DNA of 64,000 bases from the IMG/VR virus record IMGVR_UViG_2521172628_000001, positions 1-64,000 of that record. One strand, written 5' to 3'. The stretch's first letter is position 1. Every line of letters starts with the position of its first letter. Origin of the DNA: a virus. Lineage: Duplodnaviria > Caudoviricetes. Under the pieces are notes generated by a model, which made no database searches, was not told the DNA's origin, and saw only the letters and a list, made by a program, of their open reading frames with translations. Shown here piece by piece: positions 17,788 to 27,200 of this stretch. The position numbers and the translations under genes were made by a program.

Positions 17788-18023
17788 GGAGCCGCGACCA
17801 ACTGCTCGGCACGCTGGTGCAACTCCACGACTGGCACCCGAACGAGGCCAACGAACTCATCGACAACTTCGCCCGCGAACTCGCCGAGCAGCAGCGCAAG
17901 GCCATCGAAGGCTTCGACCGCGACGACCACTGGGGCACCCTCTACCGCCCCGAAGACGTCGAAGGACTCCCCAACCTCATCGACCCCCAGGTCCAGCACG
18001 CCAGCAAGGAGACCCAGCCGTGA
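17784..18023 (+). CDS. Hypothetical protein
   Basis: GTGA-coupled; ELIDNFARELAEQQR. Confidence 0.6.
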   Translation: MRSRDQLLGTLVQLHDWHPNEANELIDNFARELAEQQRKAIEGFDRDDHWGTLYRPEDVEGLPNLIDPQVQHASKETQP

Positions 18024-18253
18024 CCCAGCGGATCAGCATGGAAGCCGCCTTCCCCACCTTCCAGAAGAAGACCACCGAACTCTTCGAGGCCAACATGCTC
18101 CTCCAAGCCCAAGTCGACGTCCAAGCCCGCGAACTCGCCGCGCTCCGCGAGGAGAACGAACGCCTCAAGAACGGCGAGCCCGCGCCTGAGGCGCCGGCGG
18201 GCCCAGACCTTGCCGCGCAGCCCCCGTACCCGCCGGCGGAGGACCGCGGTTAG
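18020..18253 (+). CDS. Small coiled-coil protein
   Basis: AAGGAG RBS; last gene of the plus-strand operon. Confidence 0.65.
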   Translation: MTQRISMEAAFPTFQKKTTELFEANMLLQAQVDVQARELAALREENERLKNGEPAPEAPAGPDLAAQPPYPPAEDRG

Positions 18254-19155
18254 GCGACCCGTTCGCCGGCGAACCCCCGGCACGTGATCGTGTTCGACGA
18301 CGAGGCTGCGGACCAGGTTGCGCACAGCACCATGTCGTTGGCGACCGTCGTATCCCGGGTGACGGGGGCTGCGGTGATCGGCCCGACCGGCGTGTAGGTG
18401 GTCACCGAGGTCAGGAAGTTGTGGGTGTAGCGCGCCATCGGCGCCCATGTGCCGGATGCGCCGGTGGTGGCGCAGGCGAGGTAGAACTCGGCCTCCCAGT
18501 ACCCGTCCGTCGCACCGGAGCGCACGGTGACCGCGGGGAAGGTGACCATCGTTGCGCCGCCGGTTCCGCCGAGCTTGCACACGAAGGTGATCGTCGGCGT
18601 GCCCGTCACCCCGAGCGTGCCCCACGCCTTGATCCGGTACACGGCGCCCGCCACCGCATCGTTCGCGGGGACGGTGTAGGTGGCGATCGCGGTCTGGGTG
18701 ACCGTGTTGGCGACGGTGGTTGCGGCGGAGAGGCCGGGCCGGTAGGTGGCGGAGCCGATGGTGAGGTTGCCGTCGACGATCAGGCTGTCGTTGGTGCGCA
18801 TGACGTTGGCGGCGTTGCGGAACAGGTTGCAGTCGGCGCCGATGACGAGCTGGGCGCTGGAGGCGAGTTTCAGGTTGGAGCCGAAGGTGCTGCTGCTGTT
18901 GGGGATCTCGACCCAGGAGGCGCTGGCGGGTGCGGTGCCGTTGGAGAAGTAGGTGGAGTACTGGGTGTCGGACTGCGCGATCGGCTTGCCCGAGTACGGG
19001 CTGCTGGGCCGGGTCGACGAGGTGACGACCTGGAAGCCCGCCGCGGCGTCGACCTTGTCCCAGTTCTGGCCCAGATCCTGCGTGTAGGAGACGAGTTCGG
19101 ACCCGTCGCTCTTCGACTTGTAGAGCGCGAGCCGAGTGGTGGACGGGTCAGGCAC
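18250..19155 (-). CDS. Tail fibre / minor tail protein
   Basis: VPDPSTTRLALYK...GQNWDKVDAAAG; Thr/Ala-rich beta C-terminus. Confidence 0.75.
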   Translation of the reverse strand: MPDPSTTRLALYKSKSDGSELVSYTQDLGQNWDKVDAAAGFQVVTSSTRPSSPYSGKPIAQSDTQYSTYFSNGTAPASASWVEIPNSSSTFGSNLKLASSAQLVIGADCNLFRNAANVMRTNDSLIVDGNLTIGSATYRPGLSAATTVANTVTQTAIATYTVPANDAVAGAVYRIKAWGTLGVTGTPTITFVCKLGGTGGATMVTFPAVTVRSGATDGYWEAEFYLACATTGASGTWAPMARYTHNFLTSVTTYTPVGPITAAPVTRDTTVANDMVLCATWSAASSSNTITCRGFAGERVA

Positions 19156-19699
19156 GGGGAACCTCCAGCAGAGACGACGGGGACGGAAGACGCACGGGCA
19201 GGCCCCCGTACACGAGCTGCCACCGGTGCATGTCAACGGCCTCACGCTTGGCCCGTAGCCCGGCCGTGGTGATGCCGTGGGCGGCGCGGATCGCGTCGAG
19301 CGGGTTCTTGCCCTTCGCGGGCGCCTGGACGACGGCACGCACCTTCTTGGCGTCGGCGATCCGCAGCCGGTGCGCGGCGAGCGCGTCAGTGGAGCTCGCC
19401 GCGTTGAACAGGGTGATCGGTTCGGCGTCCGGCCGATTCGAAGTGACCAGCCCGGCACGGGCGGCGGCGTCATCTTTGTCGGGCTCGTCGGGCAGGTGAG
19501 GCTCGTGCAGCACGATGTCGAGGATCTCGTCCACATCTGACAGCCCGTATTCGGCAGCCCGCCACTCCAGGGTTTCCTTCGGGAAAACGTAGCTACCGCC
19601 AGCGCCGTCCTGGTCGACGTGGTGGACGACCCAGCGGGGTGCGCCCCGGGTGAGGCGTTCGCCGACCGCGTCGACGGTGAGGATGCGGGGGTCAGACAC
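19148..19699 (-). CDS. Hypothetical tail-module protein
   Basis: LEWRAAEYGLSDVDEILDIVLHEP; coupled to neighbours. Confidence 0.7.
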   Translation of the reverse strand: MSDPRILTVDAVGERLTRGAPRWVVHHVDQDGAGGSYVFPKETLEWRAAEYGLSDVDEILDIVLHEPHLPDEPDKDDAAARAGLVTSNRPDAEPITLFNAASSTDALAAHRLRIADAKKVRAVVQAPAKGKNPLDAIRAAHGITTAGLRAKREAVDMHRWQLVYGGLPVRLPSPSSLLEVPRA

Positions 19700-22550
19700 G
19701 GTAGCTCCAGACGCTGATGGACGGCGAACCGGACGACGTCCCGAACGTGACGGTGAAACCGGTCGTGCTCGATGCCGTGACCTGCCAGGTCCGCAGGGTG
19801 GGGTGCCGGAGGGTGACGAGGGGGACCATGGTGGAGGCCATGGTTGGCCCGTAGCCGAGGCCGAGGGAGGTGTCGCCTGCGGTGAAGACGGGTTCGTCGG
19901 CGGTGAAGATGCCGTCGGTCGCTCCTGCTGCGACGTAGTCGGCCCATTTGCCGACGTGCCGGGTGCGGCCTGTGGTGAGCTCCAGGTACTGGCCAGTGGC
20001 GTCGTCCGGGTTCCAGGCGAATCGGCCGCGGTTGGCGTCGGCGTACATGAGGCCGCCATCGACGCCGCCGGAAATGAAGCCCGTGTAGTAGGCGGTACCC
20101 ATGGCCAGTACGTATCCGCCACGCCTGTCCTGGGTGTCTGCTCGGACGACGGCGAACTGAGCGCCAGCGGTGCTGAGGTAGGCGCGGGAGGTGACCTGTG
20201 TGCCGGTGCCGTCGTCATACGGTGAGCTGTTCATGCCGAGGTTGATGTCGGTGCCGGTGCTGAAGGCGTTGATGTAGCCGTAGTCGGTGCCGGTGTTGGC
20301 GTACCAGCGGATCTCGGGCAGGAGGGCGCCGGTGGGGTTGATCTCGATGCGCTTGCCTGCTGTGCCGGATTTGAGCTGGCCGACGATGCTGACGGAGCCG
20401 TCGGCGCCCGCGATCGCGACGGTTTGTGTGCCTGCCGCGTTCCAGGCGCCGATGCCGCCCGAGTTGAGTTCGACGCGGGCGCCGGTGTCGGCGGTCTTGA
20501 TGCGGGCGCCGACGATCCAGTCGGCGTTGATCTGCCCGGCGGTGACCTTGGAGACGGTCAGGTCGGAGATGTGGGCGTCGTCGATCAGGAGGGCGGTCGC
20601 GGACGCCGCGTCACTGGGCCCGCTCTTGTTGCCGGTCTTGTCGACCGCCACCACCCGCACATATCGGGCGCTGGTCTCCTCGATCTGTGCGGTGAACACG
20701 ACGGGGATCTGTGCCTGGATCATCCCCGCGTTGGCGACCGCCTTGCCCTTCAGGGTGGTCGCATCCGGGGTGAAGCCGGGCTCGTAGGAGACGTGGATCT
20801 CCAGGTGATCCAGGTCGGATTCAAGGTTGAACGTCCCACCCGAGCTCTTGCCGAGCTGATGCGTCACCTGCACCGCGATCCGCGACCCGGCCACGCTCGG
20901 AGCGGCAGGAGTCGACGGGGCGATGTTGTCCGACGACGCCGTGAACGTCGTCACCGACGACCAGTCCCCGGTGTTGCCGGTCTTGTCGACCGCCCGGATC
21001 TGAATGTCGTAGCCGACCCCGGGTGACAGGTCTTGCAGCTGAGCCGAGGTCTCACCCCAGGCGACGTACATGACCTGCCACTTGCCGGTCGGTGCAGCGA
21101 ACGGCTGCGCCCACGTCTGCAAGTCCTGCCAGCGCACCTGACTGACTTGCGACCAGGTCGCCGGATAGATCATGTCGGTGTCGACGGCGTACCGGATCTC
21201 GTAGTGATCCCCGTCCAGGACCGTGCTGCCGTCGACGTTGTTCGGTGCGTTCCAGGAGACCACGACCCGGGAGCGGGTCAGGCCGCGGCCGTCGAGGTAG
21301 GCGACCCCGGTGAACGGCGTGACGAACACCGGCTGCCCAGGCACGGAGGTGTCGGCGTTCGGCCGCGATCCGACCGGCTCCATGCTGCTGTTGGTGAGCT
21401 GGCGGGAGAAGTCCCCCACCGTCACCGTCGACGTGGCGTCAGTCTCGAACTCGACGAACTGCGTCAGGTCAATCCACGCCCCGGCCGCGGTGCGGTAGGC
21501 GACCGTGTGCTGCTCGGTGATGGCCCACTGGGTTTCCGTGACCTGGAGTTTGATCGGGTTGATGCGCTGGCCCCGGAACGTGATCTCCGTCGACGTGTCG
21601 ATCAGCCCACTGTCCGGGTCGTACACCCACACCCGGTCCCCGACCACGAAGCTGCCGTGCACGTCGTAGTCCGCGGTGGACAGCTGGAGCGCGTTGCGGG
21701 TCGACGTGAACTGGCTGAGCGCCAGCTGGGCACGCACCGCGGCGTTCGCCGTCGCCGTATCCGACTCCGACACAAGCCGGGTCAGCTTCAGCAGGTTCCC
21801 GTGGATGTCCTTGAAGCCGGTCGCCGGCGAGATGTCCGCCGCCCCGGTCGCGATGCTCGTGCCGTCGCCCTCCGCGAGGAGCACCACCCGCGTGCTGTAG
21901 TCCTCCATATCCCGCGTCACATCCACCGACCCCGGCAAAGCGCGCAGGCTCATGTCCTCGCCGGCATCCCGGGTCGTGATCACGCAGGTCGGCGTGGTGA
22001 CGAACAGGCTGGAGTCGGGGCCCGCGTCCAAGGTGCCGTTGCCGTTGACCCGCCACGACACGGGCACGCTGGCGGTGGACATGGTGTCGCAGACGTAGCC
22101 GATCGCCGCCCGTGGGGACTCGTACTGGTGGTGGCCGGTGTAGGTGCCGGTGACGGAGTACAGGGTGCCTGCGGTGACGGCGCCGGAGGCGGGCAGGAGC
22201 ATGGTGATGGCGGTGGCGAACGAGGCGCTGGCGGGTTCGACGGCGTTTTCGTAGACGGAGCCTTTGCCGTCTTCGTCGCCAAGCCAGAATGCCATGCCGA
22301 CGCCGCCGATGGACAGGTCGTCGGCGGGGGTGCTGGTGCGGCCGTCGTCGCCGATGGTGCGGGTACGCAGGACGCCGACGTAGCGGGCGGTGGTGAGGAG
22401 GTTGTCGCCGTACTGCAGCGGGTCCAACCGGCCGGGGATGATCGCGACATGCCCGAAGAAATCGAGGGCGTCGAGGACGTCGCGGGGCGTATTCGGGAGG
22501 AGTTTGACCTCCCACGAACCGAGACTCTTCAGGACCTCTGAGACGCTCAC
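19692..22550 (-). CDS. Minor tail protein (hub/central fibre) with fibronectin type III-like domains
   Basis: 952 aa; LSPGVGYDIQIRAVDKTGNTGDWS FN3 signature; second gene after tape measure. Confidence 0.85.
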   Translation of the reverse strand: MSVSEVLKSLGSWEVKLLPNTPRDVLDALDFFGHVAIIPGRLDPLQYGDNLLTTARYVGVLRTRTIGDDGRTSTPADDLSIGGVGMAFWLGDEDGKGSVYENAVEPASASFATAITMLLPASGAVTAGTLYSVTGTYTGHHQYESPRAAIGYVCDTMSTASVPVSWRVNGNGTLDAGPDSSLFVTTPTCVITTRDAGEDMSLRALPGSVDVTRDMEDYSTRVVLLAEGDGTSIATGAADISPATGFKDIHGNLLKLTRLVSESDTATANAAVRAQLALSQFTSTRNALQLSTADYDVHGSFVVGDRVWVYDPDSGLIDTSTEITFRGQRINPIKLQVTETQWAITEQHTVAYRTAAGAWIDLTQFVEFETDATSTVTVGDFSRQLTNSSMEPVGSRPNADTSVPGQPVFVTPFTGVAYLDGRGLTRSRVVVSWNAPNNVDGSTVLDGDHYEIRYAVDTDMIYPATWSQVSQVRWQDLQTWAQPFAAPTGKWQVMYVAWGETSAQLQDLSPGVGYDIQIRAVDKTGNTGDWSSVTTFTASSDNIAPSTPAAPSVAGSRIAVQVTHQLGKSSGGTFNLESDLDHLEIHVSYEPGFTPDATTLKGKAVANAGMIQAQIPVVFTAQIEETSARYVRVVAVDKTGNKSGPSDAASATALLIDDAHISDLTVSKVTAGQINADWIVGARIKTADTGARVELNSGGIGAWNAAGTQTVAIAGADGSVSIVGQLKSGTAGKRIEINPTGALLPEIRWYANTGTDYGYINAFSTGTDINLGMNSSPYDDGTGTQVTSRAYLSTAGAQFAVVRADTQDRRGGYVLAMGTAYYTGFISGGVDGGLMYADANRGRFAWNPDDATGQYLELTTGRTRHVGKWADYVAAGATDGIFTADEPVFTAGDTSLGLGYGPTMASTMVPLVTLRHPTLRTWQVTASSTTGFTVTFGTSSGSPSISVWSYRV

Positions 22551-22554
22551 CCGG

Positions 22555-24201
22555 TCACCTCCTCACGCCGTAGACGGCTTCCGGCATCGCAGCCGCGTAC
22601 TGGTTCCGCAGGTCCAACGCCGTGTCCCCGGATGGTGTGGCGGCGCGCATCCTGATGTCGTCGCCGTACAGCAGCACGCCGGCGCCCGGGCTGCCGCCGA
22701 TGACGAAGTGGACCCCGCCGTAGGCGGCGTTGGCAGGTGCGGTGAAGGTTGCGTCCATGAAGAACCAGGCGCCCGAAGCGGGCGTGACCGAGTTCGTGGA
22801 CGTGGTCAGATATGCCTGGGACACGTCGTACCAGTTGATGTTGATGCCGGTGCCGGACGGGATCGGGGCGGGCGCGTACAACCAGCCCGACGCCCGATAG
22901 GACAGCCCGGCCACCGCCGCCGCCTTCCCGGCCTCCGCGCGGGGCGACGAGCCCGCCGTCGAGGTGAGCAGCCCTGACCAGCCGCCGTACTTGGATTGGA
23001 CGCTGGAGCGGGTCAGGGTGGCGTTGACGGGCGTCCAGTCGGAGGTGTCGGTGTCGAAGGTGGGGTTGGCGTTGAGGGTGGGCTGGGAGGCGACGGCGCC
23101 GATGAAGAAGTCCATCGCCGTGGCCGCGGCCTTGGTGATGCCGCCGTTCGCGTGCGCGGTGAACGATCTCGCGGAACCGATCACGAAGACGTTGCCGTCG
23201 GAGTCGTCGGCGGTCGCCGTGATGTACCCGGACGCCGCAGCCGACGTGTTGGTCTCCAGCGTGCTGCGGTAGGCGGCCAGGGTTGCTGCCGTGCCGGTCT
23301 GGAGGTAGCCCTCGACGAAGCGGGAGCCGCGGCGGAGGGTGAGGTCGAGGGTGGCCCGGCCCGGCGACAGGCTCTTGGTGAGGCGGAGGATGACCATCTC
23401 GGGGTCGTTGCGCAGCAGCGTCGCCCCGTCCCACGAGGAGATGGGCGCACCGGACCCGGCGACGCTGACGTTCCATAGCTTCGACCGGTAGGCGCCGCCC
23501 GCATAGGTCTGCACGTCCAGGGACGCGGACGCCGACGTGGTCACGTTCACGAATCCGTTCGACAGTGACCAGCCGGTTGCCGCGAGCGGCACGTCCGCCC
23601 CGTACACCTCCTGCCCGCCCGTCGTCGTCGCCTTCACCCGGCCCGTCAGATACGACGTGGGCAGACACCCCCACCGCGGGGAGGTGTTGGCCGGCACGCT
23701 GCGGTAGACGGTCATGGCTCCGTCGGCGCCGGTGCGGGTCATGGTGGTGGGGTTCGAGCTGCCGGTGTAGTAGCCGTAGTGGCCGATCGGCGGGGCGTGC
23801 CAGCGTTCCCCGGTGAGGGAGAAGTCGTTCAGCCGGACGGCGCCGGTGAGGCGGGACTGGAGGTCGGTTTCGGCGTCGGAGCCGATCCGGTCGAGGGAGA
23901 CCTTCCAGTCGGCGGTGACCATGCTGTTCAGGTACTCGGTGTACGTGCTGCCCGAGGACTTGACCATGTAGTAGCCGTTGCGTTCCGGCTTGTCGGTGAA
24001 CGTGACGGGGATGCACTGTCCGACGGTCAGGGCGTTGATGCCGTCGTGCCGGGCGACGACCTGCGCGCGGGTCAGGGGCGGGTAGGACTCCTGCCCTTCG
24101 AGGTCGAGGGTCCGGCCGTCGCCGCCAGACTCGGTGACGGTGAACGTCTCCCGCAGCGGGATGCGTCCGAGCTGGACGTCGCCCCATCCGTACAGCGCCA
24201 T
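22555..24201 (-). CDS. Minor tail protein (distal-tail position) with carbohydrate-binding-like insert
   Basis: Directly after tape measure; LNANPTFDTDTSDW CBM-like start. Confidence 0.8.
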   Translation of the reverse strand: MALYGWGDVQLGRIPLRETFTVTESGGDGRTLDLEGQESYPPLTRAQVVARHDGINALTVGQCIPVTFTDKPERNGYYMVKSSGSTYTEYLNSMVTADWKVSLDRIGSDAETDLQSRLTGAVRLNDFSLTGERWHAPPIGHYGYYTGSSNPTTMTRTGADGAMTVYRSVPANTSPRWGCLPTSYLTGRVKATTTGGQEVYGADVPLAATGWSLSNGFVNVTTSASASLDVQTYAGGAYRSKLWNVSVAGSGAPISSWDGATLLRNDPEMVILRLTKSLSPGRATLDLTLRRGSRFVEGYLQTGTAATLAAYRSTLETNTSAAASGYITATADDSDGNVFVIGSARSFTAHANGGITKAAATAMDFFIGAVASQPTLNANPTFDTDTSDWTPVNATLTRSSVQSKYGGWSGLLTSTAGSSPRAEAGKAAAVAGLSYRASGWLYAPAPIPSGTGININWYDVSQAYLTTSTNSVTPASGAWFFMDATFTAPANAAYGGVHFVIGGSPGAGVLLYGDDIRMRAATPSGDTALDLRNQYAAAMPEAVYGVRR

Positions 24202-27200
24202 CAGGCCCGCTCCTTGTCGAACTTACGGATGGCTTCCTTGGTGTAGGCAGCCATGTCGTTCGCGAACCGCCTCGCCTCGGCCGGGGTCGGCATGGTGAGG
24301 CTCTTCACGGTCATGTTCACCGTCACGCTCATGCCGCCGCCTGCCCCATTGGTGACGAGCTGCTCGAACAGCGCGGTCTGCTGCGGGTCGAGGATTCGTT
24401 CCGGGCGCCCGGTCTTGTTGACGGCCATCGTCGCGCCGGGCTGGAGGAGCCCGCCGTTGTCGTACTTCGCGGCGGGTGCGAAGCCCCAGCGGCTGGTGAA
24501 CATGGGGTCGTTGTAGCCGCGCGCCGTCTTGCCGTAGTGGACGCCGCGACCGCCGGACGACTCGAAGTTCACGCCGGCGAGGGTGCCCGCGGTGTGACCG
24601 ACGCCCGCATTCGTGATGCCGATCATGAACGGGGAGTTGAGGTTGCGGACCCATCCGGACGGGCCGGGCGGGAACGAGCCCGTTGCCCACCGGCGGTGCG
24701 GGCGCTCCCCGCGGATGACGGACTCGATGGCGGACATGAACCCCGAGCAGTCCCACGACGGGTTGCCGTTGCCCGCCCACTGGTAGGGCAGGCCGGACTG
24801 CGACTTCGCCCACGACAGGGCTTTCTGGACGGCGGGTCCGCCGACGGCCTTCTTGTCCTCGCTGGTGAACCAGCTCATCATCCCGTCCACTGCGCGGTTC
24901 GACAGGCCCTTCAGGAGGCCGCCGATGCCCGCGTTCCCGCCGGGGATCTGAGCGATGAGCGGCCGCACCAGCGCGGACAGCGCCTTCTGCGCGGCAGCCT
25001 TCAGGCCGCCGACGACGACATCCTTCGCCCAGGAGGCGACCGATCCGACGGCGCCGCCGATCGCGCCGGTGACCTTGCCGACGATGCCGCCCTCGGCGTA
25101 GTGCTGGGTGGGGCCCTGGTAGCGGGTCTTCTCTTCCTGCCTCGACGGATTCCCGCCGGTCTTGGTGGGACGATCCTGACCGAGCATGGCGTCGATCGCG
25201 CGATGGCCGCCGAGGCGGTCGACCTGCGGGTTGGACAGGATCCGCTCGCCGGGTTCGAGCATGGCGGGGACCTTGTCGCCCTTGCCGCTGCCGGGGACGA
25301 CACCGCCCTTCTGGAAGCCGAGGCTGATGGTGGGCAGCGAGATCTTGCTGTTGATCTTTCCGGCGATGGAGTTCCACATCTTGCGGAGCCCGTTGTTGTA
25401 GACGTGCGAGACGACCCACTTCACCGGGGCGGCGAACTTGGACTGGATCCCAGCCCACAGGGTGCCGACGCCGTCCCGGAGCGCCTTCACGCTGTTCAGC
25501 ATCGACGTCTTGAAGTCGCTGATCTTCCCGCGCAGCGTGGTGAAGATGCTCGTGGTCTTCGACACGGCGGTGTTCCACAGGCTGTTCCACGTGTTCGTGA
25601 ACGACGTCTTCAGCCCGGTCACCCAGTTCAGGACCGACGTCTTCGCGTTGCCGAGTGCCGTCCGTAGCCCGTTCCAGAACGAGGACCACCGGTCCGTGAC
25701 GGCCTTCCATAGGGCGTTCCAGCGGTCGATGACGCCCTGCTTCAGCTGGTTGAAGATTTCCTTCGTCTTTGTCCACAGGCTCGTGAACCACGAGATGATC
25801 GCCTTCACCAGATCCGGGATGATCGAATGCCCGACCAGCACGTCATACAGGTGCTGGAACTGGTCGACGATCCACTTGACCACGCCCGTCACGGTGTCCA
25901 TGAACTTCGTCAGCCACCCGATCACCGTCGTGATCACGGGTACCAGAATCCCGACCGCGCCCGCCAGCGTGCCCGCCATCATCGACGCCAGCTGGGCGAT
26001 CAACGGCAGCAGCGGAGCGATCACCTGCAGCGCCAGGTTCAGCAGCGACACCGTCAGCTCTGCCAAAGCCGGCAGCAGCGGTATCAGGGCGGTGGTGATC
26101 GGCACCATCGCCGGCGTCAACTGGGCAATGAACTGGCCCAGCACCTGCACGATCGGTACCAGCGCGCCCACTACCGGCTTCAGTCCCTGGGCCAGAGCCG
26201 CCACCACGGGCACCAGTGCCGCGCCGACGGCCGAGATGACCGGAGCGAGCGCCGTGACGATCGCGCCAAGGACGTCACCGATCGGCTTCAAAAGTGGCAT
26301 CACAGCCCGGACCAGGCCGACGAGGATGTCGCCGATGTCCGACAGTACGGGCAGCAGCGCATCCATGATCGGCATCAGTGCTTCGCCGAGAGCTCGCGCC
26401 AGATCGGCCAGCACCGGCCCGAACTTCGTTGCCAGTTCGGTGACCACGGGGGCGAGCGCGGACAGCAGCGGCAGCGCCGCTTGAATCACCGCACCAAGGG
26501 TGCCCGCGACGAGCTTGGCGATCGCGTTGACCGCGGTGAAGATGCTCGTCAGGGCTTGCTGGACATCCGGCATCGCGGTGATGCGGCGCAGCTCCGCGAA
26601 CACCGAGCCGAGCGCGCCCAGTGCGTCTCCTCCGCCGGCCGCCGCGGCCTTCATGACGTTGTTGAGCGTGCCGAAGATGTCGCCGAGCAGGTCACCGAAC
26701 TGTTTGGCGACGTCGATCGCCCCGTTGATCGATTCGGTGAGGCTCCCCGACGCCAGCCCCTGTGAGAGCTTTTGAGAGATCCGGTCCGCGGCACCTGCGG
26801 CGGCCTGCGTGATGCGGTCGAACGCGGGCGCCGCTGCGATGGACAGCTGGGTGAGCCCGGTGAGGAACTGGGCGGGCACCCGGTTGAGGTTGCCGAACCC
26901 GGCGTTGACGCCGTCGAACATCTGCCGGAGCTGACCGGTCTTCGACAGCTCGATGATCGCGGTGGCCGCGTTCTTGGCCATGCGGTTGAGGGTGTCGGCC
27001 ATGCCGCCGAGGCCGCCCCGCAGCGGGGGGATGACGGCGGTGGACAGCTGCGTGAACGTCTGCCCGAGCCCAGCCATGAGCCGGTCCTGCACGTCGAGCT
27101 TCAGCCCGCGCCAGGCGGCGCCCTGGGCGATGACCGCGCCCACGAACTCCCGGGCGTTCGGGGAGAGGCGGGCCATGGCGTCGCCAAGCTTGTTCGCTGC

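Noticed and set aside
18250-22550. Diversity-generating retroelement acting on tail fibres
   Set aside because: No reverse transcriptase and no TR/VR repeat pair noticed
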